From contig CAYJLZ010000003.1 of NCBI GenBank assembly GCA_964371265.1, positions 1-57,731 on the forward strand: a stretch of DNA of 57,731 bases. Reading direction: 5' to 3'. The notes under the pieces are model-generated. The model was not told the DNA's origin. It searched no databases and worked only from the letters and a program-made list of their open reading frames with translations. The translations under genes were made by a program, and so were the position numbers. The DNA comes from an uncultured Bacteroides sp. Lineage in GTDB: Bacteria > Bacillota > Clostridia > Oscillospirales > Ruminococcaceae. Positions 39,539 through 47,795 of the stretch are shown piece after piece (within the stretch, counting starts at the first letter, position 1; the number at the start of each line of letters is the position of its first letter).

Positions 39539-39554
39539 TGCAGTATAGCCCTTA
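39539..39554 (+). repeat. 16-mer TGCAGTATAGCCCTTA, copy 2 (flhA-fliA spacer)
   Basis: Exact match to 31232-31247. Confidence 0.75.
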
Positions 39555-39573
39555 GCGAGGGGAGGAAAATTTA

Positions 39574-40383
39574 TTGAGCGAAACAAGCACAGCGCAAAAT
39601 ATAGCACAAATAAGCGATGACTTGCAAAGTTTATCGAACGAAGAATTGCTATTAAAGTATAAGCAAACAAATGATACAGCCTTAAAATGGGAGCTTGCCC
39701 TTAGGTATACCGATTTTATTAAGCGCATTGCAATTCAAACGTGCGGTTTATACAATGGATTTACACAAATTGATGACGTTATACACGAAGGTGTAATTGT
39801 TTTGCTTAGTGCGGTAGACAGATTTGACCCCACTAAAGAAGTTAAGTTTGAAACATACATATCCAAGAGATTGCGCGGAATGATAGTAGACCTTGCAAGG
39901 AAGAATGACTGGCTACCTAGGCATGTTAGGCAAAGGGCAATAAAAGTAAATAAAGCGGTAGAAGAACTTAGCATAAAACTGGGACATGCGCCAAGTTCAG
40001 CTGAAATAGCACAGCATATGGGCATATCAAAACAGCAGTACAGCGAAACTTTTCAGGACATAACAGTTACAAACTTAATGTCGCTTGAAGTTTTAATAGA
40101 TACATACGGAAACACGTCGGGCAAAATTTTATCCTCAAAGGACGCAAGCGATATTCCAAGCGAAATTTACGAGGAAAAAGATATGTATCAAAACTTGCAC
40201 AAAGGCATATCAAAACTTAAAGATAACGAGCAGCTTGTGTTGTCGCTGTATTACGAAAAAGAGCTAACGATGAAAGAAATTGCACACGTTATGGGTGTAA
40301 GTGCACCCAGGGTATCGCAACTTCACGCAAGGGCAATACAACAACTTAAATTTTATATGGATAACGAATATCATAACGATTGA
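39574..40383 (+). CDS. fliA: Sigma-28 factor (FliA/SigD/WhiG family)
   Basis: KFETY...LRG.IVD..RK.DW.PR and LYYEKELTMKEIA..MGVS..RVSQLH motifs; TTG start after GGAGG. Confidence 0.93.
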   Translation: MSETSTAQNIAQISDDLQSLSNEELLLKYKQTNDTALKWELALRYTDFIKRIAIQTCGLYNGFTQIDDVIHEGVIVLLSAVDRFDPTKEVKFETYISKRLRGMIVDLARKNDWLPRHVRQRAIKVNKAVEELSIKLGHAPSSAEIAQHMGISKQQYSETFQDITVTNLMSLEVLIDTYGNTSGKILSSKDASDIPSEIYEEKDMYQNLHKGISKLKDNEQLVLSLYYEKELTMKEIAHVMGVSAPRVSQLHARAIQQLKFYMDNEYHND

Positions 40384-40433
40384 TTTTGAACATAAATTAT
40401 TAGCCTATTTGATGTACAAGAACGGAGAATATT

Positions 40434-41192
40434 ATGACAAAAGGATTTTACAACCTGACAAGTGGAATATTGTCTCAAACAAGGCGCCTTGACGTTGTGG
40501 GTAATAACATGACAAATGTTACAACACCCGGTTATAAAAAAGAAACATATACCGACACAACGTTTGAACAGGTGCTTATAAGTAGGGTTGGCAACAGCGA
40601 TAAAAGCCAAAGCGAAGTAATAGGCTCACAAAGTTATATGCTTGCCTCAGACGAGCTTTATTACGACCTGTCTGAAAGTGGGCTTGACATTACAGGCCTT
40701 AACCTTGATTTTGCAATAATGGGCGAAGGGTTCTTTGCAGTACAAACGCAAGATGGGGTGCAGTACACAAGGGGTGGAAGTTTTCAGCTTGATGAAGAGG
40801 GATACCTTTATGCGCCCGCATACGGCAGAGTGCTTGGCACAAACAGCCAGCCAATACAGCTTGATACAGATATGATTAACGCAGATATGCAAGGAAGAAT
40901 ATTTGACGAAGAAACGGGTGCCTTGATAGGTCAAATAGGGCTGTTTACTTTTAACGACGAATCATTGCTTGCAAAAACACAGCTTGGCCTTTTTGATATA
41001 GGTGACCAAGCGGCAACACCGGCAGACACACAGCAAATAATGTGGAAAGCCGTTGAAAACTCAAACGTAGACCTAGCCGGAGAAATGAGCAATATGTTAA
41101 CAGCACAAAGGGCTCTTCAAAGTGCATCGCAAATATTAAAAATATACGACGAAGTGCTAAACAAAGCGGTAAACGACATTGGCAGAATTTAA
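40434..41192 (+). CDS. flgF: Rod protein FlgF/FlhO type
   Basis: NNMTNVTTPGYK, DFAIMGEGFF, YTRGGSF and ENSNVD motifs. Confidence 0.8.
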   Translation: MTKGFYNLTSGILSQTRRLDVVGNNMTNVTTPGYKKETYTDTTFEQVLISRVGNSDKSQSEVIGSQSYMLASDELYYDLSESGLDITGLNLDFAIMGEGFFAVQTQDGVQYTRGGSFQLDEEGYLYAPAYGRVLGTNSQPIQLDTDMINADMQGRIFDEETGALIGQIGLFTFNDESLLAKTQLGLFDIGDQAATPADTQQIMWKAVENSNVDLAGEMSNMLTAQRALQSASQILKIYDEVLNKAVNDIGRI

Positions 41193-41275
41193 TTTGTATT
41201 TTATACAATGCAAATTAGGTATAAAACTTTTGCCAATAAACTTACACAAACACATATAACGATAGGAGCAAAGTT

Positions 41276-41989
41276 ATGATACAAGGTTTTTACGCGGCAA
41301 GTACTGCGGCAAACCAACAAATGGAGCGCATGGCAGTGCAGGCAAACAATATAGCAAATGTTAACACATATGGATTTAAAGCTATGAGCCCTTCGTTTAG
41401 TACGCTTATGTACGGCATGTTAACAGGTGTAAACGACAATACACTTGAAAGAGGTACCGGTACACAAATGGTATCTACAAATACACTTTACGATACAGGC
41501 GGATTTACCCAAACAGGGCGCAGCCTTGATTACGCGGTATTCGGCGAGGGCTTTTTTGCCCTTAGAGATTTGTCTACAAATGAAATATCGTATACTAAGG
41601 ACGGATCGTTTACAATATCAAGCTACCAAACAGCAAACGGTGAATCGTTTTATTTGTCGGACGGCAGTGGGCGGTTAGTACTTGATGAAGATTTGAACCC
41701 AATTATTGTAACTGATATACAAGAAAAACAACCTGTAGGTGTTTTTTCAATACAGTACAAAGATGGGCTTATACACGTTGATGGCGGCAGATTTTTGGCA
41801 GACCCGGAAAAAAATGGTGTGATAGAAGCTGTTGATACAGACGTTCAGCAAGGTTTTTTAGAGGAGAGCAATACTGACTTATCGACAGAAATGGCAAGGG
41901 TTATAGAAACGCAACATGCTTACAGCTATGCGCTTTCAATGATGCGAACAGCAGACGAAGTAGAAACTACAATTAATAACCTAAGATAA
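41276..41989 (+). CDS. flgG: Rod protein FlgG/FlhP type
   Basis: ANNIANVNTYGFK, TGRSLD..GEGFF and QGFLEESNTDL motifs. Confidence 0.8.
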   Translation: MIQGFYAASTAANQQMERMAVQANNIANVNTYGFKAMSPSFSTLMYGMLTGVNDNTLERGTGTQMVSTNTLYDTGGFTQTGRSLDYAVFGEGFFALRDLSTNEISYTKDGSFTISSYQTANGESFYLSDGSGRLVLDEDLNPIIVTDIQEKQPVGVFSIQYKDGLIHVDGGRFLADPEKNGVIEAVDTDVQQGFLEESNTDLSTEMARVIETQHAYSYALSMMRTADEVETTINNLR

Positions 41990-42047
41990 AACATTGAATT
42001 TATACATAGGTGAAAATATAAAACTAATATAGAATGCAGGTGATACT

Positions 42048-42668
42048 TTGAAGAAGTTTGAAGATTTAAACGGGCTTGAAATAGACGCATTACGTGAGCT
42101 TGGAAGCATAGGCAACGGTAATGCGGCAACATCACTTTCAGGTATGCTGGGTAAAGAGGTGCGAATATCGGTACCTCAAGTAAAAATACTGGAATACAAC
42201 GAGGCAATAGAATGGATAGGCGGCGCTGAACCGATAACGGCAGGTGCGCTTGTTCGAATGTCGGGCGAGATAACAGGCGTTGTACTGATGGTACAACAAG
42301 TTAATTTTGTAAATTTAATATTGAGTAACATGCTTGGCAAAACTGTAAATGATTATGATGAGCTTACAGAGCTTGATGGCTCGGCACTTGTAGAGGTAAG
42401 CAATATTATGATTTCAACGTTTATAAATAGCTTGTGTAGCTTTGCCGATATAAACATACAGCTGTCAGTGCCGTCGTTTACTGTGGATATGCAGGGCGCC
42501 ATACTTGCTGTGCCTATGGCCGAGTACGGTGGGCAGTCCGATTACATAATGACGATAAGCTCGGATTTCATTTGCGAAGAGCAGGTTATTCCGTGCAGGT
42601 TACTATTATCACCCGACATAAGGTCGCTAAATTATTTATTGAAAAAATTGGGAGTCCTTGATGAGTAA
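42048..42668 (+). CDS. cheC: Chemotaxis phosphatase CheC
   Basis: DALRELGSIG.GNAATSLS and SALVEVSNI motifs; overlaps cheD. Confidence 0.9.
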   Translation: MKKFEDLNGLEIDALRELGSIGNGNAATSLSGMLGKEVRISVPQVKILEYNEAIEWIGGAEPITAGALVRMSGEITGVVLMVQQVNFVNLILSNMLGKTVNDYDELTELDGSALVEVSNIMISTFINSLCSFADINIQLSVPSFTVDMQGAILAVPMAEYGGQSDYIMTISSDFICEEQVIPCRLLLSPDIRSLNYLLKKLGVLDE

Positions 42669-43140
42669 ATTGATTGTAGGCATTGCCGACATGAAAATGT
42701 CACAAAACGCAGGAGAGCTAATTACATATGCTCTTGGATCTTGCATAGGAATTTGTTTGTTTGACCCAGCTGTAAAGGTATGTGCATTAATACATATAAT
42801 GTTACCTTTAAATATGGAACCTCAGCGCACCTCTACATTTAAATATGCAGATACCGCCATTCCTCAAACATTAAAAGAGATGGAACAAAAGGGCGCTTCT
42901 CGTATGAGAATAACGGCGAAAATTGCAGGCGGTGCAAGCATGTTTGCGGTAGATCCTAAAAACCCCATGAGCAACATAGGCAAAAGAAACATAGATAGCG
43001 TTACAATGTGCCTTAGAAGAGACAGGATTAAGATTTTAGCACAGGACGTGGGTGGAGAAAAGGCTAGAACAATGTCGGTGGACGTTGCAACAGGTGGAGT
43101 TTTGCTAAAAAGCTACGGTAAACCGGATGTAGTTTTGTAA
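42658..43140 (+). CDS. cheD: Chemoreceptor deamidase CheD
   Basis: LGSCIG, HIMLP, KYAD, KIAGGA and IGKRN motifs. Confidence 0.94.
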   Translation: MMSKLIVGIADMKMSQNAGELITYALGSCIGICLFDPAVKVCALIHIMLPLNMEPQRTSTFKYADTAIPQTLKEMEQKGASRMRITAKIAGGASMFAVDPKNPMSNIGKRNIDSVTMCLRRDRIKILAQDVGGEKARTMSVDVATGGVLLKSYGKPDVVL

Positions 43141-43193
43141 AATTAATAAGATATCGTTTTAAACATATAACAAAAAATTAAGGAGTGACGAGT

Positions 43194-44105
43194 GTGAGCG
43201 AGTACAGTATCGACGATAAAATTATAGAACCCGGCTCGAATGAAATAGAGATAATGCGATTTATAATTGGCGGCAATACATACGGCATAAACGTTGCAAA
43301 AGTAAAAGAAATAATGCTTTGCCAACCTGTTCAAAGTATGCCGCACGTGCATTTTGCTGTTGAAGGTATATTTAAACCGCGAGAAATGGTGCTTACTGTA
43401 ATAGATTTGCCCTCGTTCCTCAGTCAAAATGCAGTAGAAAAATCAGAAAAAGACTTGTTTATTGTTACGAGTTTTAACAATTTATCTATTGCATTTAGGG
43501 TGCACTCCGTAGAGGGAATAAGCCGCATATCATGGCAAGATATACACTCGCCGGACGCAACCGTAGCAAGCTCCTCGGGCGCTATATTAACGGGTATAAC
43601 TCAAATAGGCGACGATATTATAAGCATACTTGACTTTGAAAAAATAGTTATGGATATAGCACCTGAAACGGGTATTCAAGTGGGAGAAGTTGAAACACTT
43701 GGTGAAAGGGATAAAAGTACTGTGCCTATTTGGGTTGCAGAGGACTCCACTTTGCTAACACAGTTAATTCGCACATCGCTAGAGAAAGCAAAGTACGAAA
43801 ATGTTACGATGTTTGCAAACGGCGCCGAACTTTGGAACTCGCTAAAGGAAATAAAAGGCAAAGAAAATTGGCGCGAATATGTAAAAATTATTATTACCGA
43901 CCTTGAAATGCCGGAAATGGACGGGCATATGCTTATTAAGCTTATAAAAGAAGATGCTGACTTTAAAGAGATGCCGGTAATAATATTCTCGTCGCTTATA
44001 TCAGAGCAAATGCGAATAAAAGGCAAGCAAGTTGGTGCTGATGAACAACTAAGCAAGCCCGAAATAGGTAAACTTGTGGGAATAATAGACAAATTTATAA
44101 ACTAA
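43194..44105 (+). CDS. cheV: Chemotaxis protein CheV (CheW + REC)
   Basis: YGINVAKVKEI, LDFEKI, AEDS, TDLEMPEMDG and FSSL motifs. The GTG at 43194 fits the AAGGAG spacing; the ORF track starts at 43185. Confidence 0.92.
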   Translation: MSEYSIDDKIIEPGSNEIEIMRFIIGGNTYGINVAKVKEIMLCQPVQSMPHVHFAVEGIFKPREMVLTVIDLPSFLSQNAVEKSEKDLFIVTSFNNLSIAFRVHSVEGISRISWQDIHSPDATVASSSGAILTGITQIGDDIISILDFEKIVMDIAPETGIQVGEVETLGERDKSTVPIWVAEDSTLLTQLIRTSLEKAKYENVTMFANGAELWNSLKEIKGKENWREYVKIIITDLEMPEMDGHMLIKLIKEDADFKEMPVIIFSSLISEQMRIKGKQVGADEQLSKPEIGKLVGIIDKFIN

Positions 44106-44154
44106 AATATTTAAATATAAAAGAAATAAATTGTTTTGGAAAGAGAGTGAAAAA

Positions 44155-45432
44155 ATGAGCACTAAATATATAGTTAGGCAGCCCATGAAAGACGCAGAAA
44201 GTAATATTGTAGGATACGACATACAGTATTACGGAGAAAATTATGCATTTGGCAGCTCAACAGAATCACTTTCAAATACGGCCGACCTTGTTGCAGCAGA
44301 CACGGTGTACGGGTTTTTAACCCAAAATCACGAAAAGCACTTTAGCGGTTCGCTTAATTTTATGACGTTTACAAGTACGTTGCTTGTTAAAAAAACGCCA
44401 TTGTTATTCCAGGCAAGCGAGCTTGTAATTCAAATAGACGATAGTGTGCTTATACATCCGCTTGCAATGCATATGGTTAAGCAATACGCCGAAAGTGGAT
44501 ACAAAATAGCCGTTAACGATTTCCAATTTACGCCAAGATATATGGCATTTATGGATCATATTGATTTTATACGCATTAATGTGCAAACAACTATGAGCGA
44601 AACTGTTGACCACTTGTTAGACATTGCAAAAAGCATGGATAAAAAGTGTATAGCATACGCCATAGAGAATGAGGCGCTTTATGACACAGTAAAAAACAAG
44701 CCTTTTTTTGCATTTGAAGGGGCGTATGTTGCTAAAAAAATTGCAACAAAGGCGCACAACAGCGAATATTTAAAAAGCAACTTTTTCCGCTTGATGATAG
44801 CTGTAACACAAGAAACCCCGGATGTGGATGAAATAGAAGAAATAATCTCGCTAGATGCAACGCTGACTTATGCAATACTAAAAGTGGTAAACTCGGTTTA
44901 CTTTGCACTTAGAAAACGTGTTACAACCGTTAGGCAGGCAATTATGACAATGGGCCTTTCAGAGATGAAACAGTGGGTGTACCTAATAAGCGCAACAAAC
45001 GGAGATGCCGAGAGCGCAGATGCTGCCTCGCAAGAATTTTTGCGATTGTCGTTTACACGAGCAAGCTTTTGCAGTAAACTGGTAAAGCACGTAAAAGGTG
45101 CAAGCTTAAGCAGGCAAGAGGCCTATTTAATGGGTATGCTCAGCACGCTTAATTACCTAATAGATGCGCCGCTGGTGGAAATACTTGAAGAAGTACCTGT
45201 TTCGCAAGAGATAAAAGATGCGCTTTTAGAGCAAAAGGGTAAATACGGTATAATGTATGCACTTGTGCTATGCTACGAAAACGCCGATTGGACTAATTTA
45301 GACAACCTTGCGCAGGCGCTAAACATACCATCGGATATACTTACAACAACGTATTTTGATTGTGTGGAAGAATCGCAAAGAATTTGGAACGAAATAGTAA
45401 GCCCAATGGAAGAAACTGCTCTGACAGTTTAA
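44155..45432 (+). CDS. Degenerate EAL + HDOD domain protein (YuxH/PdeH-like)
   Basis: RQP..D....GY start; D..LT..IL..VNS and AYLMGMLS of HDOD. The EAL motif reads DIQ and DDF reads NDF. Confidence 0.82.
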   Translation: MSTKYIVRQPMKDAESNIVGYDIQYYGENYAFGSSTESLSNTADLVAADTVYGFLTQNHEKHFSGSLNFMTFTSTLLVKKTPLLFQASELVIQIDDSVLIHPLAMHMVKQYAESGYKIAVNDFQFTPRYMAFMDHIDFIRINVQTTMSETVDHLLDIAKSMDKKCIAYAIENEALYDTVKNKPFFAFEGAYVAKKIATKAHNSEYLKSNFFRLMIAVTQETPDVDEIEEIISLDATLTYAILKVVNSVYFALRKRVTTVRQAIMTMGLSEMKQWVYLISATNGDAESADAASQEFLRLSFTRASFCSKLVKHVKGASLSRQEAYLMGMLSTLNYLIDAPLVEILEEVPVSQEIKDALLEQKGKYGIMYALVLCYENADWTNLDNLAQALNIPSDILTTTYFDCVEESQRIWNEIVSPMEETALTV

Positions 45433-45482
45433 TGACAGTGTACTATAAAAATATTATTAAATTTAATTAAATAAGTAATAAA

Positions 45483-45527
45483 AAACCTATTGCACAACAC
45501 ACTTTGTGGTGTTTGTGCAATAGGTTT
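45483..45527. terminator. Hairpin ending the flagellar operon (likely bidirectional terminator)
   Basis: AAACCTATTGCACAA...TTGTGCAATAGGTTT perfect 15-bp stem between convergent genes. Confidence 0.8.
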
Positions 45528-45554
45528 AGCTTTGTTAATAATTATAACAATGGG

Positions 45555-45779
45555 TTAGTTATTATGTGCAGGCCTTTGTTCGCCCTCAGGTTTTTGAAAA
45601 AGCGAGGGTATGCTGCAAATTGCACTTACGCCAACAACAGTATAAACAATTCGTGACAGTAGGCTTTGCGCTCCGCCAAAAAGCCATGCAACAGCGTCAA
45701 AATTAAGCAAGCCAATAAGCCCCCAGTTTATACCGCCCACAATAATTAAAACTATACAAATTTTATAAAATACAGACAT
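45555..45779 (-). CDS. DUF378 small membrane protein
   Basis: LIIVGGINWGLIG...RIVYTVVG motif; start at MSVFYK after GAAAGGAAG. Confidence 0.87.
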   Translation of the reverse strand: MSVFYKICIVLIIVGGINWGLIGLLNFDAVAWLFGGAQSLLSRIVYTVVGVSAICSIPSLFQKPEGEQRPAHNN

Positions 45780-45997
45780 ATAAATACTTCCTTTCATTAA
45801 ATTATATATATTTATAAAACTGAACCTAAGCACAGTTTATTTTAATGATATTTTGTGCAATAAATGCGAATAATATACATAAAAACCAAAACAAAAGAAA
45901 AAAATGATTTACTAATAAAACAAGCATTAAGCCGGCGCCAAAAACCTTTAGCAAGTACAAAAATTAAAAGCCAAAAGATGATTTTTAGATGTTAATA

Positions 45998-46006
45998 TGA
46001 TATAAT
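45998..46006 (+). promoter_or_regulatory. Extended -10 promoter candidate for the alr operon
   Basis: TGATATAAT ~70 nt upstream of alr. Confidence 0.45.
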
Positions 46007-46075
46007 AAAATTTAAACAAATAAAACACAAGTAAATTACATGCCAAAAAACAAGGACAGAAAGGATACTTATTAA

Positions 46076-47260
46076 ATGGAGTTTGACAGACATTGTTGGG
46101 CAAGAATAGATATAGATGCCCTACAAAGTAACTTTAATTTTGTAAAGAGGCAAGTAAATAATACACCCATTATGGCAGTTGTTAAGGCAAATGGCTATGG
46201 GCACGATGCCGTAACGGTGTCCAAATTATTCGATAAACTGGGGGCCTCGTGGTTTGGCGTAAGCTGCTTGCAAGAGGCACTAGAGCTAAGAAGAGCAGGC
46301 ATAGACAAAAAAATACTAATTTTGGGTTACACAATGCCCGAATACGCAAAAGAATTAGAGCAAAACAATTTAGTGCAAACTATAAATTGCTTGCAATACG
46401 CCAAAATGTTAAACGAGGTATGTTTGCAAAAGGCAATAAGTGTTGATGTGCACGTGAAAATTGACACCGGAATGGGTAGGTTGGGATTTTCGGTTATAGA
46501 CGATATAAACTCAACTGCGCAAGAAATTTTGCAGCTGGCAAATATGAAAGGCTTAAAAGCAAAGGGTATTTTTACGCATTTTGCCAGTGCCGACAGCCTT
46601 GAGGCGGACGACGTTGAATATACTAAAAATCAATACTCGCTATTGTGTAAAACGCAAGATATACTTGCGGCAAACGGCATGGCTTTTTCGTATGTGCACT
46701 GTGCAAACTCTGCGGGAATTATTAGCTCGCCTCAATTTCATTGCGACATCGTTCGCGCAGGTATTATTTTGTACGGAGAATCGCCATCGCACGAGTTAAA
46801 GCAAAACCTTAAAAGCGCGGTGCAAATGTGTGCAATAGTTTCGCAAGTAAAATTAATTAAAAGTGGCGATTATATAAGTTATGGCCGTACCTTTTGCGCA
46901 CAAAAAAACATGAAAGTTGCAACTATATGCGCAGGCTATGCCGATGGCTATCCAAGGCTTATGTCAAGCAGGGGAGTTGTTAGCATTAATGGAAAACGGG
47001 CAAAAGTAATCGGTCGTGTTTGTATGGATCAGCTAGTGGTGGACGTAACTGACATAGACGATGTTAAAATTGGCGATACAGCAGTACTTTTTGGAGATGG
47101 CATAGCAGACAGTGCCACTAGAATAGCAGATGTATGCGGAACTATCAATTACGAAATACTTACATCTATTGGGCATCGTGTGCCAAAAGTTTACGTTAAA
47201 AACGGAAAAGAAATAGAAATGATTAATTATATAGAGGAGCGCAATAATGAACAAAAATAA
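46076..47260 (+). CDS. alr: Alanine racemase
   Basis: AVVKANGYGH PLP-lysine, KIDTGMGRLG, SYG, GYADG and GRVCMD motifs. Confidence 0.95.
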   Translation: MEFDRHCWARIDIDALQSNFNFVKRQVNNTPIMAVVKANGYGHDAVTVSKLFDKLGASWFGVSCLQEALELRRAGIDKKILILGYTMPEYAKELEQNNLVQTINCLQYAKMLNEVCLQKAISVDVHVKIDTGMGRLGFSVIDDINSTAQEILQLANMKGLKAKGIFTHFASADSLEADDVEYTKNQYSLLCKTQDILAANGMAFSYVHCANSAGIISSPQFHCDIVRAGIILYGESPSHELKQNLKSAVQMCAIVSQVKLIKSGDYISYGRTFCAQKNMKVATICAGYADGYPRLMSSRGVVSINGKRAKVIGRVCMDQLVVDVTDIDDVKIGDTAVLFGDGIADSATRIADVCGTINYEILTSIGHRVPKVYVKNGKEIEMINYIEERNNEQK

Positions 47261-47795
47261 ATTGCTGGTCGTTGTGGATTATCAAAACGACTTTGTTACC
47301 GGTGCATTAAAAAACAACGAAGCGATAAAACTTGAAACAGGAATAGATGAGCTTGTGCAAAACACCTTAAACGACGGTGGCTTTGTAATTTTTACAAAAG
47401 ATACACACGAAGGTGACTACTTGCAATCGAGAGAGGGTAAGCACCTACCAATACCCCACTGCATAGAAAACACAAATGGGCACAATTTATTTGGGTGCTT
47501 GCAAAAGTATGAAAACACGCAAAATAATAACATTTTAATAGTAAACAAACCAACATTTGGCTGTGCAAACTTGCCCCAGTACGTATTAAATTTATGTAAA
47601 GTACAGCCCGATGAAATTAGTATTTGTGGCGTTGTAACAGATATTTGCGTTATTAGCAACGCAATAATTTTACACAGTGCATTTACAAATGCAACAATAA
47701 AAATACACCAAAATTTATGTGCGGCAACAACAATACAGGGGCATAATAACGCCGTTAGCGTGCTAAGTGGCATGGGCTACAATATAGTAGACTGA
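47247..47795 (+). CDS. Cysteine hydrolase, isochorismatase/nicotinamidase family
   Basis: VVDYQNDF, DTH, PHC, K..FG and GVVTDICV (Asp-Lys-Cys triad). Confidence 0.88.
   Translation: MNKNKLLVVVDYQNDFVTGALKNNEAIKLETGIDELVQNTLNDGGFVIFTKDTHEGDYLQSREGKHLPIPHCIENTNGHNLFGCLQKYENTQNNNILIVNKPTFGCANLPQYVLNLCKVQPDEISICGVVTDICVISNAIILHSAFTNATIKIHQNLCAATTIQGHNNAVSVLSGMGYNIVD

Noticed and set aside
45532..45550. Rex operator-like TTGTTAA-N5-ATAACAA
   Set aside because: The spacer is one base too long and the site lies between convergent gene ends.
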